Part shown: positions 29,762 to 38,204 of the stretch, piece after piece
Numbering within the stretch: the stretch's first letter is position 1
How the letters are laid out: every line of letters begins with the position of its first letter
Origin: Rickettsiales bacterium
GTDB taxonomy: Bacteria > Pseudomonadota > Alphaproteobacteria > Rickettsiales > SXRF01
NCBI GenBank assembly: GCA_964231325.1
Contig: CAXRIF010000003.1
Coordinates: 560,630-624,629, forward strand
Reading direction: 5' to 3'
DNA: 64,000 bases
The notes under the pieces: model-generated
Told to the model about the DNA's origin: nothing
Database searches by the model: none
What the model saw: the letters and a program-made list of their open reading frames with translations, nothing else
Position numbers and translations under genes: made by a program

Positions 29762-30492
29762 TCCATCGTTTCTTCGCGTTGGCTACATTACTTGTCGTTA
29801 TATTCCCTTTTTTTCCTGCCTTTTCACAAAATGTGAAGATGTTTGTCAATTCTGGCACCGGATTCATTGTTAGCCGTAGTGGACACATAATCACTAATTT
29901 GCATGTGGTCGATTTTTGTGAGCGTATTACGGTGCGTGGTGCGGTGACGCCACGTGTGGCAAAGATTGTAGGGAGAGATGTGCGCCATGATCTGGCATTA
30001 CTGAAGATCAACCCTACCGGTTCAAAGCTGGGTAGTTTTCGCGATGTCTCGTTGCCTGTGGAGAAAGGCGAGCGTGCGGTGGTTGTGGGGTATCCGGGAA
30101 GGGCGGGCATGACCGGAAAAACCGTGACGCGTGAAGCAGAAATTACCAGCACTAAAGGGCCACAAGGTGAGGATACATGGGTGCAGCTTTCTGATTTGGT
30201 TGAGCAAGGCAATAGTGGCGGGCCATTGATGGATGCAGCCGGTAATGTGATTGGGGTGGTTGCGGCCAAGGCGGTTATCTATAGCTATAAACAGTCTGAT
30301 CCGAAAAATGGTACGTTCACCAATTCAGGTATTGCGATTGCCACTCCCGTGGTAAAACAGTTTCTGGATCGCTACCGTGTGCCGTATTATCATGGTAAGG
30401 AAACGCGACCGCTTTCTTCTTCACAGCTCACGAGCAAAGCCAAGCGCTTTGTGGTGAATGTGCATTGTGAATCATCAACGGAAGTGCGCTAG
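29758..30492 (+). CDS. secreted trypsin-like (S1) serine protease without PDZ domain
   Basis: Signal peptide. Catalytic triad contexts GHIITNLHVV, RHDLALLKI, GNSGGPLMDAAGNVIGVV. ATGA overlap with motB. Confidence 0.8.
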   Translation: MIHRFFALATLLVVIFPFFPAFSQNVKMFVNSGTGFIVSRSGHIITNLHVVDFCERITVRGAVTPRVAKIVGRDVRHDLALLKINPTGSKLGSFRDVSLPVEKGERAVVVGYPGRAGMTGKTVTREAEITSTKGPQGEDTWVQLSDLVEQGNSGGPLMDAAGNVIGVVAAKAVIYSYKQSDPKNGTFTNSGIAIATPVVKQFLDRYRVPYYHGKETRPLSSSQLTSKAKRFVVNVHCESSTEVR

Positions 30493-30983
30493 CGTTCCAT
30501 CTTTGAGGCTGTAGCAAAACGAGCTACCTCTCTGGTTAGTTTTTCATCACCGAAATCTCTTACAGTGTTTACTACATCTGTAGTCGCTTTAATGAAGTTT
30601 GCCGGAGTAGGGTTATCCGTATTTTCACGAAGAACCCTAGTGGCAGACATGATTTTGATGAGTTGCTCTGGTGTTATCTTTTCATTCCCAGTTACCCATG
30701 CCATCAGTTTTTCAAACTTTTGTTCTTCAGCGGATTGTGCGCGTTCTGTTTTCGGGGTAGGGGCTGTAGGGGTTACACCAACCAAGGTGTCCAGCTCTTC
30801 TTTGGTTTTTCTTGCGGCTTCAGATAGCGTCCTCTGAAGCGCGGCATTTTTTTCGGGAGTGCCACCAACGACAGTGTCCATCGCTGCTTCTCTGCGCGCG
30901 GGGGCTTCTTCCGTTCTTTTAGTACGAGCGGCATCAAGGCTGTTAACTGCTCTTCTTGCACCTTCACTGGGAGTTTGTGCCAT
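30489..30983 (-). CDS. hypothetical protein
   Basis: 164-aa ORF with a strong RBS (AAGGAGAAAGACATG). No recognisable motif. Confidence 0.6.
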   Translation of the reverse strand: MAQTPSEGARRAVNSLDAARTKRTEEAPARREAAMDTVVGGTPEKNAALQRTLSEAARKTKEELDTLVGVTPTAPTPKTERAQSAEEQKFEKLMAWVTGNEKITPEQLIKIMSATRVLRENTDNPTPANFIKATTDVVNTVRDFGDEKLTREVARFATASKMER

Positions 30984-31061
30984 GTCTTTCTCCTTGTTTA
31001 TGGTTAGGAAAGAAAAGGGCGGTAAAACCGCCCTTTTTCAATCTTATGGTTTATATGTTTG

Positions 31062-31880
31062 TTAGCGACGACCCACAAATGAACCGGCGGTAACTGCCCC
31101 AACACCAAGTACCGCTTCGGTGAAACGACCCAAGCCGCTACGCGCTTCCTGTTCGCCTTGTGAGTTGGTGCGTGTCGATTTAAGCGAGTGCAGCGCCATG
31201 ATAGCACCCACACCAGTCAAGGCGCCACGGCCTACTTTCATACCGGTGCTTGCACCTTTATAAGCATTGCCCATGAAGCCAATCTTGCCTTCTTTAGCGG
31301 CGGCTTTTGCAACAGCGCCAGCCTTCTCGGCAATCTCTTCAGCTTTTTTGTGGAAGCCTTCCACTGCTTTTTCTGCTTCTTTCAGGTTTGATTCGGTAAC
31401 GCCACCAACACGTTTAATGTCAAAGCTATCACTTTTCAGGAATGCTTTTTGTGCATCTGTAACTGCTGTTTTCGCCACAGCTACAGCTTCGTGTGCTTCC
31501 TCGGCTGCTTTAAATTCTTCTCCATGGTGCTGCTGCATAGCTTTGCGAAGCTCAGTAACCAGCCCTTCTCTTACGTTAGGGTGATCAGCAGCAGAGGCGC
31601 TGAAATTAGCAACTTTAATGGCCTCGGCTAGCTCTTGTTCGTCTGCTTGCATGCGGTTGGCAATTTTTTTGGTAAGTGCAGCACGTTCTTCATTGTTTGA
31701 AATAGCATCAACAAGTGCCTTACGCTTCTCGGTTAGCGTTTTTTCTAACTCCTCTAATTTTGCGTGTGTAGCTCCTTCGAACACGATTGTGCCTGCTTTT
31801 TCACCTTCGCCAGGTTTAAAGACAGCTTTACCGATATCCACATCACTGTTTAGATAGTCACTTTTGCTTTTTCTAGCCAT
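31062..31880 (-). CDS. hypothetical helical protein with C-terminal glycine-zipper-like hydrophobic segments
   Basis: 272 aa, Ala/Glu/Lys-rich helical body. C-terminus GASTGMKVGRGALTGVGAIMAL ... GVGAVTAGSFVGRR. Confidence 0.55.
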   Translation of the reverse strand: MARKSKSDYLNSDVDIGKAVFKPGEGEKAGTIVFEGATHAKLEELEKTLTEKRKALVDAISNNEERAALTKKIANRMQADEQELAEAIKVANFSASAADHPNVREGLVTELRKAMQQHHGEEFKAAEEAHEAVAVAKTAVTDAQKAFLKSDSFDIKRVGGVTESNLKEAEKAVEGFHKKAEEIAEKAGAVAKAAAKEGKIGFMGNAYKGASTGMKVGRGALTGVGAIMALHSLKSTRTNSQGEQEARSGLGRFTEAVLGVGAVTAGSFVGRR

Positions 31881-32222
31881 AATCTTTACCGTTGCGTATG
31901 AGTTTTTCCTTATTTACTAAGTGCATTCTAGCATTATTGCCTGAAAAATAATGTGACAATTTTGTGAAAGGCCCCGTTAATCACTGTGACAATATGTAAC
32001 ATATTGTATTTTATGATATAATGGTGTGGCGATCATCTAATTACATTGGGTAATGCGCGCTTTTTGTAGGGTGGGCGCCAAACACCACTATTGTGGGCGT
32101 TGTAACAAAAGGTTCAAATTACAACGTAACTTTTTCCGTTATAGCTTTTCGAACCAAATTCGGAGCTTGAGATGCGCTTTGAAGAAATAACAATATAAAT
32201 CAAAAAAATAACAGGAAATTTT

Positions 32223-32468
32223 ATGCAGAAGAAAAGTAGTGATTTTGTAGTTTTGGTGCTGGCGTTGTCGGTTATAGGGCTTACCTGGATGACCAGTAAT
32301 GTGGGAGCATCTTCTTTTTCTGGTCCCGGTAAGGCGGAATTCTCGCCATTTGGAGAGTTCGAAGAGGAACCAGAATGGTCTCCTGAAGATGAATGGGAAT
32401 ATGGTAATTATCCCTCATCTGGTGGGGATGAGTTTGAAGCGGATATGGAGTTGTTCGGTCACCACTAA
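32223..32468 (+). CDS. small signal-anchored, highly acidic/aromatic protein
   Basis: 81 aa, AGGAA RBS, N-terminal hydrophobic segment, tail EFSPFGEFEEEPEWSPEDEWEYGNYPSSGGDEFEADMELF. Confidence 0.5.
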   Translation: MQKKSSDFVVLVLALSVIGLTWMTSNVGASSFSGPGKAEFSPFGEFEEEPEWSPEDEWEYGNYPSSGGDEFEADMELFGHH

Positions 32469-32514
32469 GCCTGAGCGATTCGCTCATGCATTCGGTGGTG
32501 CTTCACGATGCTGA

Positions 32515-34839
32515 TTAACTTACCAACTCTTCATCGGCTTCGGTGCGTTTGCTAGCACTTGCTTTGCGGCAAGAGAAGGCGAGTTCGTCACTTTTCACGG
32601 TCACTTTCACCGTACCACCCTTAGCCAGCTTTCCAAACAGCACTTCGTCGGCCAGTGGTTTTTTGATTTTCTCGGCGATCAGGCGAGCCATTGGGCGCGC
32701 GCCGTTCGCACGGTCATAACCACGGTCAATCAGCCATTTGCGCGCTTCATCGCTAAGTTCGATAGTGATGTTACGATCAGCCAGCTGTGATTCCAGGCGG
32801 AAGATGAATTTATTCACCACGTGCGCGACTACATCGGCACTCAGGTGACCGAATTGGATGATGGCATCCAAGCGGTTTCTGAATTCTGGCGTGAAAGCTT
32901 TGTTGATGGCTTCCTTATCTTCCCCGGCGCGATCCACTTTAGTGAATCCGATTGGTGCGCGAGCCACATCTGCTGCACCAGCGTTACTGGTCATGATGAT
33001 GATGGCGTTGCGGAAGTTTACCGTTTTGCCGTTTGAGTCGGTGAGGCGGCCATAATCCATGACTTGCAACAGAATGTTATACACATCCGGGTGCGCTTTC
33101 TCGATCTCATCAAGCAGGATCACGCAGTATGGGTTTTTGTCTACCGCATCGGTGAGCAGGCCGCCCTGATCGAACCCGACATATCCTGGAGGGGCACCGA
33201 CCATGCGTGATACGGCATGTTTTTCCATATATTCTGACATATCGAAGCGGATCAGCTCCATGCCCATCAAATGAGCGAGCTGTTGTGCCACTTCGGTTTT
33301 GCCTACACCAGTAGGGCCGGTGAACATGTAGTTACCGATTGGTTTTTCTTCCTCACGCAAGCCCGCACGTGCCATTTTCACAGCAGAGGCGAGGGACTCG
33401 ATGGCTTGGTTTTGCCCAAACACTACAAGTTTTAGGTCCTGCTCAAGGTTTTTAAGTGTATTGGCGTCATCCATATTAACCGTTTTGGCTGGCATGCGCG
33501 CCATTTTCGCCACCACATCTTCGATTTCTTTTTGGGTGATGGTTTTTTTGCGTTTATTTTCCGGCAGCAACATTTGCGCTGCACCTGCTTCATCAAGCAC
33601 ATCAATCGCTTTATCCGGCAGTTTGCGATCGTGAATGTAGCGTGCAGAAAGTTCTGCGGCTGCTTTGATCGAAGCTGCGCTGTAGCGGATTGAATGATGT
33701 TCTTCATAGTATGGTTTCAGGCCACGCAGAATTTTAATCGTGCTATCTACGCTTGGCTCTTTTACATCGATTTTTTGGAAACGGCGTGCAAGCGCGCGGT
33801 CTTTTTCGATAGTGTTTTTATATTCTTTGTAAGTGGTCGAACCCATGCAACGGAAATCACCGCGGGCAAGGGCAGGCTTCAGCAAATTACATGCATCAAG
33901 CGCACCACCACTAGTCGAGCCGGCCCCAATAATCGTGTGGATTTCATCAATGAACAAAATAGCGCTTGGCACTTTTTCGATTTCTTTGATGACTGATTTC
34001 AGGCGTTCTTCAAAATCACCACGATAGCGTGTGCCTGCGAGCAGGGCGCCCATATCGAGTGAGAAAATAATAGCAGGTTTCAATACATCTGGCACTTCAC
34101 CGCGAACAATGCGCAGTGCAAGCCCTTCTGCAATGGCGGTTTTACCTACGCCAGCATCACCTGTGTAAAGCGGGTTGTTTTTGCTGCGACGTGCCAACAC
34201 CTGTACGGTGCGATCCACTTCTTCTTCGCGGCCAATCAGAATATCGGTTTTACCGTTTTCTGCTTTTTTGTTCAGGTTCACGCAATACTGTGACAGCGCA
34301 TCGGTTTTTTCTTTGTCATCACTGGCTGCGGCCGGGCGTTCCAGTGCTTCTGCAGCATCATCGCTATCAACTTCGCGTTTCCACTCAGCGATTTTCTGAT
34401 TATCCGCATATTTTACGACGCCGTGTGAAATGTAGTTTACTACATCAAGGCGAGTCAGTTCTTGTTCCTGTAGGAAATATACGGCGTGGCTGTCGCGCTC
34501 AGAGAAGAGGGCAACCAGCACATTTGCGCCAGTAACTTCCGTTTTGCCGGCAGACTGTACATGGATTGCCGCGCGGTGAATAACACGCTGGAAACCAGCC
34601 GTTGGGCGAGATTCTTCGAGATCCTCAACAACGAGAGAGTTCAGCTCGTTTTCGAGGAAGTCGGTAACATTACGTTTAACGAGGTCGAGATCAACGCCGC
34701 AACCGCGCATAACAGCGGTGGCATCCTGATCATCAGACAGGGCATAGAGCAGATGCTCCAGTGTCGCATATTCATGACGGAATTTCTTAGCAAGTGCTAG
34801 CGCACGGTGTAGGCTAATTTCCAGGTTCTTTGACAGCAT
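32515..34839 (-). CDS. clpA: ATP-dependent Clp protease ATP-binding subunit ClpA
   Basis: 774 aa with two AAA+ modules (GDAGVGKTAI; GPTGVGKTEV) and a Clp N-domain. Confidence 0.95.
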   Translation of the reverse strand: MLSKNLEISLHRALALAKKFRHEYATLEHLLYALSDDQDATAVMRGCGVDLDLVKRNVTDFLENELNSLVVEDLEESRPTAGFQRVIHRAAIHVQSAGKTEVTGANVLVALFSERDSHAVYFLQEQELTRLDVVNYISHGVVKYADNQKIAEWKREVDSDDAAEALERPAAASDDKEKTDALSQYCVNLNKKAENGKTDILIGREEEVDRTVQVLARRSKNNPLYTGDAGVGKTAIAEGLALRIVRGEVPDVLKPAIIFSLDMGALLAGTRYRGDFEERLKSVIKEIEKVPSAILFIDEIHTIIGAGSTSGGALDACNLLKPALARGDFRCMGSTTYKEYKNTIEKDRALARRFQKIDVKEPSVDSTIKILRGLKPYYEEHHSIRYSAASIKAAAELSARYIHDRKLPDKAIDVLDEAGAAQMLLPENKRKKTITQKEIEDVVAKMARMPAKTVNMDDANTLKNLEQDLKLVVFGQNQAIESLASAVKMARAGLREEEKPIGNYMFTGPTGVGKTEVAQQLAHLMGMELIRFDMSEYMEKHAVSRMVGAPPGYVGFDQGGLLTDAVDKNPYCVILLDEIEKAHPDVYNILLQVMDYGRLTDSNGKTVNFRNAIIIMTSNAGAADVARAPIGFTKVDRAGEDKEAINKAFTPEFRNRLDAIIQFGHLSADVVAHVVNKFIFRLESQLADRNITIELSDEARKWLIDRGYDRANGARPMARLIAEKIKKPLADEVLFGKLAKGGTVKVTVKSDELAFSCRKASASKRTEADEELVS

Positions 34840-34860
34840 GGCGGCATCCTCATTGTTTTA

Positions 34861-35259
34861 TTATTCCTTTTCCACCCGGCACTGCAGCGGATACTCATTG
34901 CGTCTGGATAAAGTAATTACCAGTTCCGCTTTGGTTTCCGCGACATCCCGCGTGAAGACACCGCAAACTCCTTCGCCCTTTTGGTGGATCTCCATCATAA
35001 TGCTGACTGCTTCTTCATGATTTTTGCGGAAAATGTCTTTTAAGACAAAAACCACAAAATCCATCGGCGTATAATCGTCATTCACCAGCACTACTTTGAA
35101 GAGCGGCGGCCGTTTGGTTTTAACCTTCGGTTCCGCCAGTAAGAGTCCGTCATGTCTGACTTCCCTTACCCCCCGTCCACCGTCGCTTCCATCGCCAGAA
35201 CTGGCTCTGAAAGCGGGGCGGGACTTCTCGGTCTCTGTAGTGAGTATGCCCATAAACAT
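34861..35259 (-). CDS. clpS: ATP-dependent Clp protease adaptor ClpS
   Basis: LFKVVLVNDDYTPMDFVVFVLKDIFRKNHEEAVSIMMEIHQKGEGVCGVF. Sits directly upstream of clpA. The exact start is uncertain. Confidence 0.9.
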   Translation of the reverse strand: MFMGILTTETEKSRPAFRASSGDGSDGGRGVREVRHDGLLLAEPKVKTKRPPLFKVVLVNDDYTPMDFVVFVLKDIFRKNHEEAVSIMMEIHQKGEGVCGVFTRDVAETKAELVITLSRRNEYPLQCRVEKE

Positions 35260-35518
35260 TGAATAACGCGTTAAATAAACCTTGCCAAAATGTTAAAATC
35301 ACTAATTTTTTGAATTTATTTTGGCTTGGAAAATAGTTAATTCCCTAATAAATTGCTCAACCTATTGAAACATATATATAGTCGATTTGGCGCAAATTTC
35401 AATAAACAAAAATTAGTAATTGTCACCAAACCATCATTTTACCTTATCTGGCGGGTACTATATCAAAGGATGAGGGATTGCCAAGAAGCATGGCGTAATA
35501 AGAAATTAGGAGAATACG

Positions 35519-35731
35519 ATGGTAATGCTTGATACAGAAGATGGTTTGTTTAAATCGCTTGGTGCTTGGCGTGATGAAGAGAAGGCAGGTAAGCAGCCGG
35601 GCAATGCGGTGCTGTTAATGACCGCAGAGGGCGGGCAACGTTTGATTGAAAAAGGTATGGGCAATCATAGCGGATTAGTAGCGGCTGTTACACAAATGAC
35701 TGGTCAAGAACCAGGTCCGGCTCGCGGATAA
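35519..35731 (+). CDS. hypothetical protein (gene 1 of orphan operon)
   Basis: 70 aa with a strong RBS (AGGAGAATACGATG). No recognisable motif. Confidence 0.55.
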   Translation: MVMLDTEDGLFKSLGAWRDEEKAGKQPGNAVLLMTAEGGQRLIEKGMGNHSGLVAAVTQMTGQEPGPARG

Positions 35732-35738
35732 GGTTTCG

Positions 35739-36152
35739 ATGAAAATTGCTGCGTTGTTCAAAGAGCCGATACACGGCGCGTTGGATGAAGAAACACACGA
35801 TTCTATTTTGCTGGAAGCAACGGCCGCACTTGATAGCGAGAATCATGCCGGTGAGCAAGGACAGCATTGTCGCTATAATCGCGAAGTGATTAATGCACAG
35901 CTTGATTTGGCGCAAAGCTATCTGGCATATCGCTTGGGTTTTAGTGATACGGCCGATGGAAATATTCCCACTAAAAAAGATGTGGAAAATGAGTCTGAAC
36001 GTTTGGTTGCGCAAGGGTTGCGCGTTGAAGATAATTCACGGTTAATTAAAGCAGCACTTCAGACAATCGATAAAAAAATTGAAGAAGCATTGGAAAAACT
36101 ACCAGCCACCGAGCGTGCTAATGCGACGGATGAAATAATGGTGAGCAGGTAG
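35739..36152 (+). CDS. hypothetical protein (gene 2 of orphan operon)
   Basis: 137 aa, 7-nt gap from gene 1, acidic and helical. Confidence 0.55.
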   Translation: MKIAALFKEPIHGALDEETHDSILLEATAALDSENHAGEQGQHCRYNREVINAQLDLAQSYLAYRLGFSDTADGNIPTKKDVENESERLVAQGLRVEDNSRLIKAALQTIDKKIEEALEKLPATERANATDEIMVSR

Positions 36153-36153
36153 C

Positions 36154-36804
36154 ATGAAGGCGTCAGACCATATGGATAATAACATGCCCTCGCGTGATGA
36201 AGTAGAGAGGTTGGTGGTTAAGCCAGCGAAAAGGTTGCTTACGACAAATGATACTGTGCCTAGACTCGTGGAGCGGCTTGCAGCAGATAGCGGGGTAAAA
36301 GAAGCGGCTATTGCACAGGAAAAAAGCCTCTCAAAATTTGCAAAAGAAAAGCTGCACGATGCCATGATGGATTATGTTATGGCGAAGATGGTAGGGGAAG
36401 AGCACCCTGTGTTGCCAGAGCTGGGTAACGATAAACGAATGGCGCAGCTCAGGAATACAACTGTCAAAATGTTGGATGATCGCCTGATGGTCTATAAGGT
36501 GGTGAAAGCCCCTGCCGTGCAGGCGGAGATAGAGCAAACGGTGCGGTCAAAAACCGATGCAAAATTAGTAGCAGATGAAGAGGTGGGTGAGTTGCGAACA
36601 GCGCTTATTCATATAGCCATTGCTGACGCAGAAGATCAATTGCTACCGAGAACACGGCACAACATACAAAAAATCTTTGAGGACAGTATACAGCAGCTGA
36701 TTATACAGGTGGATGGTGAAGAGGATATGAAGCGTATTAATCATGCTGTTGAAGCTGAGTGCAATGCTATGAAGGCGGTAATGGGAAGAGTGTCATCACG
36801 CTGA
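36154..36804 (+). CDS. hypothetical protein (gene 3 of orphan operon)
   Basis: 216 aa. The ATG is 1 nt after the gene 2 TAG. Helical, no recognisable motif. Confidence 0.6.
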   Translation: MKASDHMDNNMPSRDEVERLVVKPAKRLLTTNDTVPRLVERLAADSGVKEAAIAQEKSLSKFAKEKLHDAMMDYVMAKMVGEEHPVLPELGNDKRMAQLRNTTVKMLDDRLMVYKVVKAPAVQAEIEQTVRSKTDAKLVADEEVGELRTALIHIAIADAEDQLLPRTRHNIQKIFEDSIQQLIIQVDGEEDMKRINHAVEAECNAMKAVMGRVSSR

Positions 36805-36893
36805 TACAAAAGCATTTGCATCTGTGTTGTAATCTGCCTAGCCTGCCACGCATTAATTTCATAACTATGAATTGTACTTTGTGAACCGTTCTA

Positions 36894-38204
36894 TTGCTTG
36901 ACCATACCTTTAAAATATTAGCGTTGTTTGGTTTGTTGTTGCTGGTTTTTACGGCCGGTGCCGCAGTGATGTATTTTCAATGGCCGGGACATACATCACT
37001 CAGCAATAGCTTCGAAGCAAGTAAGGTGTTGTGGTCAAACATCCTCATGGAAGAAGTGGAAGATGATAGTATTCCGGTCTTAAGGGAAAATGGTGCTTCT
37101 AACTTCGAAAAGGCAATTCATACAGCGACGGTGAATGTGCATGAGGAAGGCACATGGGGTAATTACACGCTGATTACGCTTATTACGCAAGATGTCTATC
37201 TGATAGATATGCATGGCAAACCTGTTCGGCATTGGCATATCCCTTTCGAGAAAATATGGCCTGACCCTACTCATGTGCATAGCTGGGTGAAACGACGCCT
37301 CATGATAGAACAGGCGGCATTATTGCCAGATGGCGGTTTGTTGGTGGTATTTATTGGAGTGAATGACACGCCGCAGGGGCACGGTCTTGCTAAGCTAGAT
37401 GTAAATGGGAATGTTGTGTGGCGTTATGATGCAAACATGCACCATGATTTTCACATAGATTCTGAGACGGGTAATATCTATGCGCTGATGCATAGGGTAG
37501 AGAAAACTATGGAGCGGGTTGACTTTGTACGTTTCCCGCAGGTGACGGATTATGTGGTGGTGCTTTCGCCAGATGGTAAAGAACTAGATAAATATCCATT
37601 GTTACCCATGCTGGCAGATGTTGATCAGATTAAGCGTGGTAGATCTGGTAAATATGGTAAAGTGTGGGATTACATGCACACTAATAGTATCGTGCGGCTT
37701 TCGGCTGAGCTTGCCGAAAAATTTCCTATGTTCGAAAAGGGGTATATATTGGTTTCTATGCGTAATTTGAATGCGTTGGCCGTTATCGACCCTATTAGAA
37801 AAAAGATGGTGTGGTTTAAGCAAGGGCCATGGAAAAGACAGCACTCAGCCATATTTACGCGAGATGGACGTATTATGGTTTTTGATAATCAGGGTGCGAA
37901 CAAAAAGCGTGTAAAACGAAAAGACATCACAGCGCGTATCGTGGCGTATGACATTGCTACGGATAAGGTGGCGTGGGAATATGATGGTAGTGATTTTTCT
38001 ATGCATTCGTTGAAGCAGGGACGAGTGCAGGAGCTTCCAAATGGCAACATACTTATTGCAGAATCGGCTAGCCAACGTTTGAGAGAAGTGACGCGTGATA
38101 AAGAACTGGTGTGGTCCTATGCCATAGACCGAAAGTTTAAGCTGGGTCTTATTTTAAGTGCGACACGGTATCACGCAGATGAATTACCCTTTCTGCTACC
38201 ATAG
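36894..38204 (+). CDS. membrane-anchored arylsulfotransferase (ASST)-family-like beta-propeller protein
   Basis: 436 aa with an N-terminal TM (ILALFGLLLLVFTAGAAVMYF). ASST-like motifs NMHHDFHID, YMHTNSIV, WKRQHSAIFTRDGRIMVFDNQG, LPNGNILIAES. TTG start; the exact start is uncertain. Confidence 0.5.
   Translation: MLDHTFKILALFGLLLLVFTAGAAVMYFQWPGHTSLSNSFEASKVLWSNILMEEVEDDSIPVLRENGASNFEKAIHTATVNVHEEGTWGNYTLITLITQDVYLIDMHGKPVRHWHIPFEKIWPDPTHVHSWVKRRLMIEQAALLPDGGLLVVFIGVNDTPQGHGLAKLDVNGNVVWRYDANMHHDFHIDSETGNIYALMHRVEKTMERVDFVRFPQVTDYVVVLSPDGKELDKYPLLPMLADVDQIKRGRSGKYGKVWDYMHTNSIVRLSAELAEKFPMFEKGYILVSMRNLNALAVIDPIRKKMVWFKQGPWKRQHSAIFTRDGRIMVFDNQGANKKRVKRKDITARIVAYDIATDKVAWEYDGSDFSMHSLKQGRVQELPNGNILIAESASQRLREVTRDKELVWSYAIDRKFKLGLILSATRYHADELPFLLP

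Noticed and set aside
29697-30269. 190-aa minus-strand ORF over the motB end and the protease gene
   Set aside because: It is antisense to the S1 protease, which has an intact catalytic triad. It has no independent support.
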